Translations under genes and position numbers: made by a program | In this document: positions 22,031 to 31,508 of the stretch, in pieces | Layout: every line of letters begins with the position of its first letter | Numbering within the stretch: position 1 is the stretch's first letter | The notes under the pieces: model-generated | Seen by the model: only the letters and a program-made list of their open reading frames with translations | The model's database searches: none | What the model was told of the DNA's origin: nothing | Assembly (NCBI GenBank): GCA_038321985.1 | Contig: JBBQFN010000002.1 | Coordinates: 224,001-288,000, forward strand | Source of the DNA: Cyanophyceae cyanobacterium | GTDB taxonomy: Bacteria; Cyanobacteriota; Cyanobacteriia; Cyanobacteriales; Laspinemataceae | Direction of reading: 5' to 3' | Length of the DNA stretch: 64,000 nucleotides

Positions 22031-23215
22031 TTACGATTCTTTGCCGATTTTAATCTTCGGAACATCTAACCCAATCTCGGCCATTGCATCTCGCCATTTG
22101 TCTATGCGCGTTTGAATCCGGTCTCTATTCTTAGTGGATGAGGTAATCGACTCGCTAAAGTCAGGATCTTGACATACTCTTTTGAGTGCCTCAATAATTT
22201 CAGGTTTGCTACTGCGAATATCCTCGGAACTTAAATAAGCAAACGAGAGCATGACCACATCATAAATCGCGCGGTTGATGGACTTTTCCCATCCCGTATC
22301 TAGGGTATAGCGCCGGAATGCCCCATAATCAAAGACCGCGAACACATCATCAATGGTTTTCCTAAAGATTTCTCGATGATGCTCGATGGTTTCATCGTCA
22401 AAAGAAATCCCCTGTTCTAGGTATTGGTCCAAGAATTTAGATAACGTCCCTCGATAGGCGATCGGATCGAAAAAGAAGGCAAAAAAGCGCAAAATCATTT
22501 CGCAATCTTGCATACGTTTATCGATACTCAGCACCCGGCGAGTTTTTTGAAAAACCTCATCCTCGGACAGTTCTAAAATTAAATCATTCAACTTGCCGCG
22601 ATAGACGCTGTTGCGGATTTCCTGAGCATTCAGCGGGACAAAGCCGGTATTTAATCGCTCAAATACATCAAATTTAATATCCGGGTGGGATTCTTTGAGA
22701 ATGACAATACAACGAATGGTCCGAGAGAGGAGCAGACGTTGGTAAGAAACCTCAAGGTCTTGAAATTTTTTACGGTTAATGTCGGGCAGGATTTTTAACG
22801 CCCGTAAGGAAAATTCATCATTGAGAAACCGATAAATAGCGGTCAAGCGTTGTTGACCGTCAATGACGCTATAGGACCCATCATTGAGTTCTGCAAAATA
22901 GCAGACGGGAATGGGAACATTGAGCAGGAGAGATTCGATTAACCGGCTGCATTTGGTTTGGTCCCAAACTTGCCGCCGCTGAAATTTATCGGCCAAAACT
23001 AGAGTTTGGTCATCGATCTGAGCTTTGAGCGATCGGATCACAAAGTCATAAGGATGGGTGACGAGCTTTCTATCCTTAACTGGGATAGAAAGCTCCTCCT
23101 CTAACTCTTCTTCGTCTTCCTCTTCAAATTGATCCTCAAGTAGTTCCTGGCTATCTTCAACTTGAGTGCCAAGACCGTCTTCTAGCATTGCCTCCCTCCT
23201 TATTCTCAGCATCAC
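22031..23215 (-). CDS. DUF262 (GmrSD/ParB-like NTPase) domain protein
   Basis: FQRRQVW, LIESLLLNVPIP, VIDGQQRLT, FERLNTG; acidic N-terminus. Confidence 0.88.
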   Translation of the reverse strand: MMLRIRREAMLEDGLGTQVEDSQELLEDQFEEEDEEELEEELSIPVKDRKLVTHPYDFVIRSLKAQIDDQTLVLADKFQRRQVWDQTKCSRLIESLLLNVPIPVCYFAELNDGSYSVIDGQQRLTAIYRFLNDEFSLRALKILPDINRKKFQDLEVSYQRLLLSRTIRCIVILKESHPDIKFDVFERLNTGFVPLNAQEIRNSVYRGKLNDLILELSEDEVFQKTRRVLSIDKRMQDCEMILRFFAFFFDPIAYRGTLSKFLDQYLEQGISFDDETIEHHREIFRKTIDDVFAVFDYGAFRRYTLDTGWEKSINRAIYDVVMLSFAYLSSEDIRSSKPEIIEALKRVCQDPDFSESITSSTKNRDRIQTRIDKWRDAMAEIGLDVPKIKIGKES

Positions 23216-23494
23216 TTGCTTTCTGGTGTCCTACAGGTATCTTTACTTGGAGACTATTTTGCGCTCCGGGGACCGAACCGGCAAGACCACGGTTTCCTGT
23301 AGCCAGCTTATTTTTCCAGTGTAACAGTTACCTGGACTCAAGGGGTTAGTTGAGTCTAAGTTTGGGGGGGCTTTGGCGGGAGGGGCGAAATATTCGCTTT
23401 GAGGAGAAGGAGTATATTCGGTAAGAGTTGTTGGGAGTAAGATGTTTCTCCCCCGGTGCAAAAATTGTCCAATTTATTGAGGTTCGCTATAGAG

Positions 23495-23524
23495 GTAGGG
23501 TGGGCAATCTCCGGCCTACTCTAC
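23495..23524. repeat. GTAG-type REP-like palindrome
   Basis: GTAGGGTGGGC-aatctccg-GCCTACTCTAC. Confidence 0.5.
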
Positions 23525-23633
23525 ATTTAGGATTGAACAGGGTTAGCGTCAGTTCTATGATCGAAAGCTCTGCATAGAATAGCAAAAACCCGGATCAGAA
23601 ATCCGGGTTTTGAGTTGGGTTGCCTCAGTTCGA

Positions 23634-25700
23634 TTAGCCGGATCCCAACATGACTAGGGAACAAGAAAGCTGCTGGATAACGCTTGTGGTGACATCATCC
23701 ATCTCTAATCCTGACATGGTGCGCCGCCTGGTAGCGGAGAGAATAACCAGATCGTAGGCGATCGCCTCTTGGATAATCGCCCCTGGGATATCATCATCGG
23801 GGGTAATCACAATCTGAATTTGAGTTGGATTGCTCGGTGCTAATTCAGTGATTAAGGCTGAGAGTTGGGAATGGATTTGAGCATTCACCTCCTCGGGAGT
23901 GCGGCGATCGCAAACATGGAATAAGGTCACCTGCCCCCCATTCATCTGGGCTAAACTATAGGCAAACCGCACGGGAAACACTGCCCGCGCCACTAAATTA
24001 TCCACGGAGACTAAAATCCGCTTCATTTGGAGGGGAGAATCGAGCAGGCGCGTCACGGCTACGGGACAATGCGCTGTCCATAACAGGCGATCGATCACAT
24101 TCCCAAACAATCTCGCCCGCAGGGTTGTCGTTTCCCCCCATCCCATCACAATCAAACTGGCTTTTTGCTCCCGACTTGCATGGGCGATTCCCTGGGCTAC
24201 ATCATCATCAATGCGAACCGCTGGTTCTGCTTGGACCCCAAATTCTTGAGAAAGTTGCACCGCTGCGGCGACTAAATTCTCGCTTCTAACCAGAGCTGCA
24301 TCGACGGCGGAGGCTTCCATTTGCGCCATCACTCGGGCGATCGACAGAGGAACAATGCGCCCGCCTTCATGACGCACCAGCAATGCCGCCATTTCCACTA
24401 AATTCTTTTCCGTTTCCGGATTGTAAACCGGCACAATCACGGTAAAAAAGTCGTTAGGTTGGTTCCGTTCATCAAACGGAGTTTTCACCGTATCTAAATT
24501 GGTCGTCGGTGGGGTCAGACTCGCGGCGGCCCGCGCTGTCAAAAATGGCCCTAACGTGGCGGTGACTAACATCATGACAATCACCGTATTCAGGACTTCT
24601 TCACTCAACAAGCGCTCTCCCAAAGGGTTCAAGGTGTTGTATCCCACAATCGTTGCGGCCAGGGTTGCTGCCACTTGAGGAATGGATAGGGACCAAATTG
24701 CCAGGGTCTCGGCGCGAGTATAACGATACAGCAATTGAGTCAGCAATGCTGCTACCAATTTACTTGCTAATAATCCTAATATAATCGCTAGAGTTAACCA
24801 AAATGAAGTCAGAGTTTTGATAAAAGCGGGAACGTCAATGAGCAGTCCCAAATTTACCATAAAAATAGGAATAAATAGGACGCTTCCGACGAAAACTACC
24901 TTTTCTTTCACCGGACCGGAACCCATTGCTCCATTGACGGCCATCCCTGCTAAAAATGCTCCTACAATCTTTTCAACGCCAATGATTTGGGCACCAACAG
25001 CCGCTAAAAAAACCGCGAGTAATACAAATAAAAATTGATTGCCTTCTTCATCCCCTGACCGCCGGAAAAATTCCCGTCCGGCCCAGTCAAACCCAAACAA
25101 AATAATGCCAGTATAGAGGGTTAACAAAACTAACATGATGACCAAATTGGCGGCGCTAAAACTCCCGGCATGAACGCTGACGCATACTGCCAAGACCAGC
25201 AAGGCGGGAATATTGGTAAAAATGGTCCCGCCAATGGTAACCATTACGGCCTCATTTCCCATCAAACCCAACCGGCTTAAAATTGGATAGCCTAGAGGAG
25301 TATGAGAAGAAAGCAAAGACCCAATTAAAATGGAAGCATTCCAGCTAAATCCAAATATGCGAGCGATAATGGTTCCGAAAATTAGGGGGAATATAAAAGT
25401 GAGGCTTCCAAATCCAATCGAGCGATTTTTGACTTTTTTAAACTCGGTCATGTCCATTTCCAGACCGGCAACGAACATCAGGTAAACCACTCCTATATCT
25501 GAAAGGAGTTTCATGGTTTCTGATTGCGGCTGTAATAGATGTAATCCATTTGGCCCGAAGGCAACGCCAGCCGCCAATAAACCAATTAGTCCAGGCAACT
25601 GTAACCGTTCAAAGAAAATTGGCACGACTAAAATAATCGCCAACAGAACGGCAAAGGCAAAGATGGGTTCGTTTTTCAAAAAGTCGAGGGCGAGTTCCAT
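23634..25700 (-). CDS. Cation:proton antiporter (CPA2, NhaS5-like) with C-terminal USP domains
   Basis: About 12 TM segments, LMFVAGLE and EKIVGAFLAG, then two universal-stress-protein-like domains. Confidence 0.9.
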   Translation of the reverse strand: MELALDFLKNEPIFAFAVLLAIILVVPIFFERLQLPGLIGLLAAGVAFGPNGLHLLQPQSETMKLLSDIGVVYLMFVAGLEMDMTEFKKVKNRSIGFGSLTFIFPLIFGTIIARIFGFSWNASILIGSLLSSHTPLGYPILSRLGLMGNEAVMVTIGGTIFTNIPALLVLAVCVSVHAGSFSAANLVIMLVLLTLYTGIILFGFDWAGREFFRRSGDEEGNQFLFVLLAVFLAAVGAQIIGVEKIVGAFLAGMAVNGAMGSGPVKEKVVFVGSVLFIPIFMVNLGLLIDVPAFIKTLTSFWLTLAIILGLLASKLVAALLTQLLYRYTRAETLAIWSLSIPQVAATLAATIVGYNTLNPLGERLLSEEVLNTVIVMMLVTATLGPFLTARAAASLTPPTTNLDTVKTPFDERNQPNDFFTVIVPVYNPETEKNLVEMAALLVRHEGGRIVPLSIARVMAQMEASAVDAALVRSENLVAAAVQLSQEFGVQAEPAVRIDDDVAQGIAHASREQKASLIVMGWGETTTLRARLFGNVIDRLLWTAHCPVAVTRLLDSPLQMKRILVSVDNLVARAVFPVRFAYSLAQMNGGQVTLFHVCDRRTPEEVNAQIHSQLSALITELAPSNPTQIQIVITPDDDIPGAIIQEAIAYDLVILSATRRRTMSGLEMDDVTTSVIQQLSCSLVMLGSG

Positions 25701-25886
25701 GCAGGTGAGAGACTAATTTTTTTTATTCTATCTCAAGTTTCCCTGGATTTTAGGGGGATGATTACTTTGATGGGTGTGGTTCTTTCAATCGCTACAATGG
25801 CTTTACAGTTGCCCGGGAGTTGAGAAAAATTTGATGCTTTTTTCGGCGATCGTTACCTTTAGCCTTGCCAGAAAATCCGGAAAAAT

Positions 25887-25902
25887 TGTGATGTAGATTA
25901 CA
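25887..25902. promoter_or_regulatory. Candidate CRP-family (SyCRP1/NtcA-like) binding site
   Basis: TGTGA-tgtaga-TTACA with A/T-rich flanks; one mismatch to TGTGA-N6-TCACA; about 190 bp upstream of the antiporter start. Confidence 0.45.
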
Positions 25903-26021
25903 TTTTTAAATCCCGAGAGATGCTATTGGTTATTTATGAAAATTAACCCGGCGATCGCCTCAGTAAAGCGGGTTTAAGAAAGAGTCATCCAATCTATAAA
26001 TAGCACCGTCTTCAGGAGCAT

Positions 26022-26627
26022 TCAAACTCTCCCTAGTTTATCAGGTTGTTGAGAATGGTCCTGGACTAACTGTTCGATCGCCGTCACAGTGCGCTCTAAT
26101 TCCGCAAATAATAGGGGGTTAACTGAAGTTTCCCGAAATGCTTCTACCAAGGCCCGATAATACCAGAGTGTGCCGGTTTTACCGCCCTTGAAACGGTCCC
26201 AAACAGACTCGGCGACTGCCCGATAATCTTGAAGAATGGACCGGCTATTGTGCAGTTTATCCGAAGCACTCACCAGCAGGACCGAGGGGGAAGCCTTAGG
26301 CAGGTGAGCGATATAGAGTTCCTTGCGCTCTTTCCAGGGGGGTTTGGGGTTAGTAGAATCGGTATCGGTACAGCCCTCCACAATTGCGGTTACAATATCC
26401 CCAAACCGGCAACGAATTTCTTCCCTTGTGGCGGCACCCCCTTGGTCCTCGATCGCATCATGGAGTAACGCCGCGATCGCCTCTTCTTCATTGGCCCCAT
26501 ATTCTAAAGCAATACTGGTTACCCCAAGCAGATGGGCAACATAAGGCACTCCCGAACCCTTGCGCTTTTGTTGCGCGTGGAGTTCAGCAGCAAAGGTTAA
26601 AGCCTGATTAAAGCGGTTTGATAGCAT
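26022..26627 (-). CDS. HD-domain small alarmone hydrolase (Mesh1/SAH-like)
   Basis: H.QQKRKGSGVPYVAHL, AALLHDAIEDQ, SDKLHN; no synthetase domain. Confidence 0.88.
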   Translation of the reverse strand: MLSNRFNQALTFAAELHAQQKRKGSGVPYVAHLLGVTSIALEYGANEEEAIAALLHDAIEDQGGAATREEIRCRFGDIVTAIVEGCTDTDSTNPKPPWKERKELYIAHLPKASPSVLLVSASDKLHNSRSILQDYRAVAESVWDRFKGGKTGTLWYYRALVEAFRETSVNPLLFAELERTVTAIEQLVQDHSQQPDKLGRV

Positions 26628-27015
26628 CGGTGTCCCTGGGAACGGAGTAGGATACGCTGGATTTTAACAGGTTCCGGACGGATAGAGCCTCACTCCAAAA
26701 TTAGGTTTTGGGTTGATCGGTGCTAAAAAATGCCGGATTGGGTGTCCGTAACTAGAGTTACTAGAAAAAATAACTCAATTTTTCAGGCACGGGTTAAATT
26801 ATCATAGAAAAATGTGAGGTAAAATACCCGGGATAAGTCTAGAGGCTTTTCTCTAAACAAGGTCAAAATCTGGGTTCGGTCAAGCTAATAGCCTAAACCC
26901 GTTCCAGTTTCTACCGGACTTGAGCCAAAATCCCAGCAGAAACAATCCTTCTCGTTTTAAAGAAGGGACTAGACGACTCACAGAATCAATTGCCGCTTTC
27001 GAGTAGATTGCAGTT

Positions 27016-29712
27016 ATGATGGAACAACAACAGCCCGAAGATGTAGCGGCTTATAACGAACGCTCCCTAAACACCCTATCGCGGGCGATCGCTCTATCTG
27101 CCGGACAGTTTTCCATAATTTTGGTGCGGTGCAATTACCGGCATTTACAAGCAGAAATGCTCCAACGACTGCAAGAACAGTGTCCGGTATCGGTAGCAAA
27201 AATTCAGTTACCCCCCTTAAGTACCACCTTATTTGGGACCATGATAGCGGAATTTGGGGAATTGCCTTCACTCCCCGGGGTCATGGTTCTGGGTTTAGAA
27301 TCCGCAGTGGCGATCGATGAATTATTGATTTCTATTGATTTAGTTCGGGACGAATTTCGCAAGCATTTCCCCTTTCCTTTAGTGCTGTGGGTAACCGATG
27401 ATTTGCTGCATCGAATTACGCAATTTGCCCCTAACTTCAAAAGTTGGGCGGGACCCTCCATTAAATTTGAAATTCCCACGTTTCAACTCGTTCAGCGCTT
27501 ACGTCAAACTGCCGAAAGTTTATTTACTTGTATCTTAGAAGCCGGTGCAGATCAACTTCAAGTCGGTGCTGCCATTGAACTATTAACTAATACCCATCGG
27601 CAGGAACTTTTTTGTGCTATTAAAGATATTGAACGGGCAGGGCAGAGTCTCGACCCCTATTTACAAGCTTGTTTAGACTTTGTACGGGGTTGGAACGCCT
27701 ACAGTCATGATGAACTGGCCCTCGCCCGCCAATATTACCACCGTAGTCTTGCCTTTTGGCAACAAGCGGTCCCCGAAGTCGCTTCCCGTAGCGCTGAGAA
27801 TCAACCGGAAGCAGTATCTACAGAGGATTTAGAACGCTATGGCTGTTTGCTGTTTTATCTAGGTGCCTGCTGGCATCGAGAAGCCCTGTTACATCGGGGG
27901 AAAGCCCAGGCAGCCTACAGCCAAGCACGAGATTACTTTCAACACTGTATCGCCACCTACCAGCAAGCCCACCGCCCGGATTTGATGGCAAAATTTATCA
28001 ATGCCCTCGGGGAAGTGTTGCAAAAACTCCGGGATCGAGATGGGTTGGAACGGGTGGCAGCAGTAGCAACCGAACTGCATCAACAGTATCCCGACCCGAT
28101 CGCCGAGGCACAGGATTGTGGCTACTGGGGGGAAGTCGCCCTCTGGAACTCCCAATGGGCGATCGCCAAGGAGCAAGCCTTAGCCGCCCTCGATATTCTG
28201 GAATCCTCGCGCACCGACAACTTGACGCCCCAAAAGCGAAGTTTCCTAGAATGGGCAGCCCGGTATCATCAGGGATGGTATTTATTATTGTTAGGCCGCT
28301 CACTCTGTGGTTTAAGTGAGAGTGAAGCAGCAATTTTCACCTTAGAGGGAGCGAAATTTCAAGCTCAACCGGAATGTAATCCTCAGTTGTATAGTGAGAT
28401 ATTGCGAGAATTGCGATCGCTTTATTTCAATCGCGGCGATCGCCTCACCGCCTTTGCCCTGAAACAGGAACTCTACACCCTGGAACATCAGTATGGATTT
28501 CGCGCCTTCATTGGTGTTCAACCCTTACAACCCCAGCTTCAGCCCCTCAATCCAACCCAACTGCTGCATCTAGGCATTGGCGATCGGCCCTTCCCCCTCA
28601 ATCGCTATTCCGGGGCGGGTATGATAGGGCGAGAAGCCGAGATTAACTGTGCAATTACCCGCATTGGCCGTCCTGACTATAAACTCACCCTAATTCATGG
28701 TCCAGCAGGGGTAGGCAAATCTTCCCTGTTGTACGCCGAGTTAGCACCGGCACTACACCAACGACAAATCGGACTCTATCTGGCGTTACCCATTGTCATA
28801 TCGATTCAGGGGAACTGGTTTCCCGTCGCCCTGGATGCTTTTAATCGCTGCTTTGCTCAGATAGGATGGCCCCTAGTTGAAGTCACGAGTGAGAGCAATC
28901 ACAGCGAGGTTCTGCAAACCCTGTGCGATCGGTTGGGGGAAAATAGCGATCGCAATGTGTTAACCGCCCTGCTGTTTGATGTTGATGCGGATTTATTTGA
29001 TTGCGCCCATGAGTCTCACCGTCAGCTTTTTTATAAATTTTTGCACGACTGTTTGAATATGCCATTTGTCAAGGCGATCGTCTGTTTGCGTTCGGAACAT
29101 CTTTCCGACTTGTTAGAGAACGAATGCTTGCGATCTCTAGAGTTTATCAACCGGGGCACCCGGGAAAACTTATGCTATAAGTTAGAAGAACTATCTATGG
29201 ATATGGCTCAACGAGCGATCGCCCGGTTAACAGAACAGGCAGAGTTTCCCCTAGAACCCGAACTAAGCGATCGCCTAGTGAGAGATTTAGCCCGAGGTAC
29301 AATCGCCGAAGTGCGAGGACTGATGTTACAGTTCATTGGTACTCAGTTGGAAGCCCAACAGATTACCACCTTAGCCGAATATCAAGAGTATGGTGGCAAA
29401 GAGGCATTACTCAAACGAGGAATTCGAGAGGCGATCGCAGACTGCGGCGTAGAAAATGAGGAGATAGCGCGATTCATCCTCCAGTCCCTTGCCACCCCCA
29501 CCCCCGATTGTGAGCAGTCGCCCACTATGTCCTATCCTTGCCGCAAAACCCTTGAAGAACTAGGGAGAGAAATTGGAGGTAGTCTGGAGACATTGGGGAT
29601 AGTCCTAGAGATTTTAGTGCAGTCGGGCTTACTATTTCGATTGTACGATAGCCCAATCGCTTGCTATCAACTGGTAGATGCAGAGATTTGTCGGATTGTC
29701 TTGCAAGGATAA
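27016..29712 (+). CDS. TPR-like helical repeats plus nSTAND1-like P-loop NTPase protein
   Basis: N-terminal FPFPLVLWV...APNFKSW module and helical repeats. Walker A GPAGVGKSS. The ORF ends shortly after the YQLV motif. Confidence 0.75.
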   Translation: MMEQQQPEDVAAYNERSLNTLSRAIALSAGQFSIILVRCNYRHLQAEMLQRLQEQCPVSVAKIQLPPLSTTLFGTMIAEFGELPSLPGVMVLGLESAVAIDELLISIDLVRDEFRKHFPFPLVLWVTDDLLHRITQFAPNFKSWAGPSIKFEIPTFQLVQRLRQTAESLFTCILEAGADQLQVGAAIELLTNTHRQELFCAIKDIERAGQSLDPYLQACLDFVRGWNAYSHDELALARQYYHRSLAFWQQAVPEVASRSAENQPEAVSTEDLERYGCLLFYLGACWHREALLHRGKAQAAYSQARDYFQHCIATYQQAHRPDLMAKFINALGEVLQKLRDRDGLERVAAVATELHQQYPDPIAEAQDCGYWGEVALWNSQWAIAKEQALAALDILESSRTDNLTPQKRSFLEWAARYHQGWYLLLLGRSLCGLSESEAAIFTLEGAKFQAQPECNPQLYSEILRELRSLYFNRGDRLTAFALKQELYTLEHQYGFRAFIGVQPLQPQLQPLNPTQLLHLGIGDRPFPLNRYSGAGMIGREAEINCAITRIGRPDYKLTLIHGPAGVGKSSLLYAELAPALHQRQIGLYLALPIVISIQGNWFPVALDAFNRCFAQIGWPLVEVTSESNHSEVLQTLCDRLGENSDRNVLTALLFDVDADLFDCAHESHRQLFYKFLHDCLNMPFVKAIVCLRSEHLSDLLENECLRSLEFINRGTRENLCYKLEELSMDMAQRAIARLTEQAEFPLEPELSDRLVRDLARGTIAEVRGLMLQFIGTQLEAQQITTLAEYQEYGGKEALLKRGIREAIADCGVENEEIARFILQSLATPTPDCEQSPTMSYPCRKTLEELGREIGGSLETLGIVLEILVQSGLLFRLYDSPIACYQLVDAEICRIVLQG

Positions 29713-29855
29713 AGCAGACTTGATAAAAATTTTAAGCATAAATAATGGCTTCCATAGGAAGGATGTTATAATTTCAACTGAATCTTACTATTGAATATCC
29801 TAAATTCCTTGGCATGAACAAGAGCCATTGATAATGGATAATAGATAATTATGAA

Positions 29856-30521
29856 TTATCCATTATCAGCGGGCTGAAACTGCGCCATTAACCAGGCTCC
29901 GACTTGGGACTGGTCTTGGCTGCGGCTACGTTGCAGTGCTTCGTCTAGGGTCGCTATTTCTAGCCCTGGAAACATCACAGAGGAATCAATTCGCTGACTC
30001 CCCCGATCGCTCATTTGATATGCCAACACCTGCGATGTTTCCACGTTCACAATCCAATACTCAGCAATCCCCACCTCTTCATAGAGGAATCGCTTCACCG
30101 TGCGATCGTCCAACAGGGATGATTTTGCCACCTCCACAACCAAATCCGGCATCGGGTACTCTTCCAAATTTACAATGCCAGTGCCGCTAGGGATAGCGGT
30201 TGCCTTGTTGCCCACGTAATAAGCTAAATCTGGCTGAAATTCGACATAGCCGGTTTTGCGGAAGGAACAATTGTCTAAAATCGTGAACGGAATGCCTTTC
30301 AAAATGCCATAGAGATTAATGGCAAGGGCGATAATTCCATGATTTTTACTGTGGTCAAAGCCTACGGGTAGTTGCATTTCTAATCTCATTCGCCCATTAC
30401 TGTAATAGCCTTTGGATTTAGCATGGGCGGGGTCATCCAAAGCGCTAAGGTACTCATTCCAGGTGGCAGGAACCCAGGAATCGCTGGCGACTAAAGTAGA
30501 GAGTGGATTCATGCTGATCAT
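29856..30521 (-). CDS. Uma2 family (DUF820) putative endonuclease
   Basis: QPDLAYY, PDLVVEVAKSS, YEEVGIAEYWIVN. Confidence 0.9.
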   Translation of the reverse strand: MISMNPLSTLVASDSWVPATWNEYLSALDDPAHAKSKGYYSNGRMRLEMQLPVGFDHSKNHGIIALAINLYGILKGIPFTILDNCSFRKTGYVEFQPDLAYYVGNKATAIPSGTGIVNLEEYPMPDLVVEVAKSSLLDDRTVKRFLYEEVGIAEYWIVNVETSQVLAYQMSDRGSQRIDSSVMFPGLEIATLDEALQRSRSQDQSQVGAWLMAQFQPADNG

Positions 30522-30658
30522 CCCGGAGGAAAAATTGACATCTATTCTATGTTACTCGTCCTGGTGGAACTTTGGCAACCTGTAGCACCTTTTGCCAGAT
30601 GAATCGGATATAAGTATGGGTGGAGATTAAAACCCTCAATCGGTGATTCCTCTATTGA

Positions 30659-31013
30659 CTAAACTATTGGCGGTTTATCTCCGCTAATTTCCACTAATGT
30701 TTCACCCGATCGCAACAGTTCTAAAGCCCTAATCCGAGTTTTATTCAGAATTTCCCGCAACTGGGCATTAGAAGTGTTGCCACAGGTTAGCCAGATAATT
30801 TGTGGGGGTGAACCCAGACGTTCAACCAAGTCCACGAAGTCGCTATCTTTCGTGATGAGAATAGCTTGTTGAGCTTTTGCTGCTGCAAAAATTTCCAGGT
30901 CTTCTGCATCTCTGAGTCCAATATCACGCAATGACTAAGGCTTCTACAGCAAAAGTGTTAGTGAGCCAAGTTGCTAGACTTGGGGAGAGATGAGCATCAA
31001 TCCAGATAGTCAT
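30659..31013 (-). pseudogene. Frameshifted DUF5615/Mut7-C-like PIN toxin (VapC45-like)
   Basis: ATG at 31013 overlaps the DUF433 stop (ATGA) and reads MTIWIDAHLSPSLATWLTNTFAVEAL before a premature TGA at 30926-30924. The rest (LRDIGLRDAEDLEIF...LITKDSDF...WLTCGNTSN) is in another frame, implying one extra base near 30935. Confidence 0.8.
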
Positions 31014-31234
31014 GGGACTAAAACCGGGTGGTTTAGTTTACGAGAAGCATAGAGTAGGCAAGCCTTGAGATCATCAGCTTCCAGATCTGGCATTTCTTCA
31101 AGGATGTCTTCCCCACTTAAACCGGCGGCAAACAAGTCAAGGACATCGGATACTCGGATTCTCATTCCTCGGATACAGGGGCGACCGCCACATTGTCTAG
31201 GATTAACGGTAATTCTGGAAAGTAGTTCGCTCAT
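31010..31234 (-). CDS. DUF433 domain antitoxin
   Basis: RITVNPRQCGGRPCIRGMRIRVSDVLDL...DLKACLLYA; translationally coupled to the PIN gene. Confidence 0.92.
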   Translation of the reverse strand: MSELLSRITVNPRQCGGRPCIRGMRIRVSDVLDLFAAGLSGEDILEEMPDLEADDLKACLLYASRKLNHPVLVP

Positions 31235-31508
31235 ACTTGATGGTTCCCTTGTGCTTAGGTTCGATTCACGGTGTCGTTAATTTTAGCTTACTAGAAATTC
31301 CCCGAGTCCTGACCCACCGTCTTGACTAACGGGGGTCGCCAATCAACACCAAGGGCGACCCGAAAAACGGATGACAGTGAGATTGACTTAATTTATCCTT
31401 TCGCAACGCCTCCACCTGCGTTAACTCCTCCTGCATGATCAGGGGATTCAACTCTATCCCGGAAAGGTAGTACAATGACCCTGTACCCCCTTCCCTTATC
31501 TGTGCCCT

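Noticed and set aside
31331..31361. GGGTCGCC..GGCGACCC hairpin resembling the NsiR4 terminator
   Set aside because: The upstream conserved sRNA body is absent, so it is only a generic hairpin.
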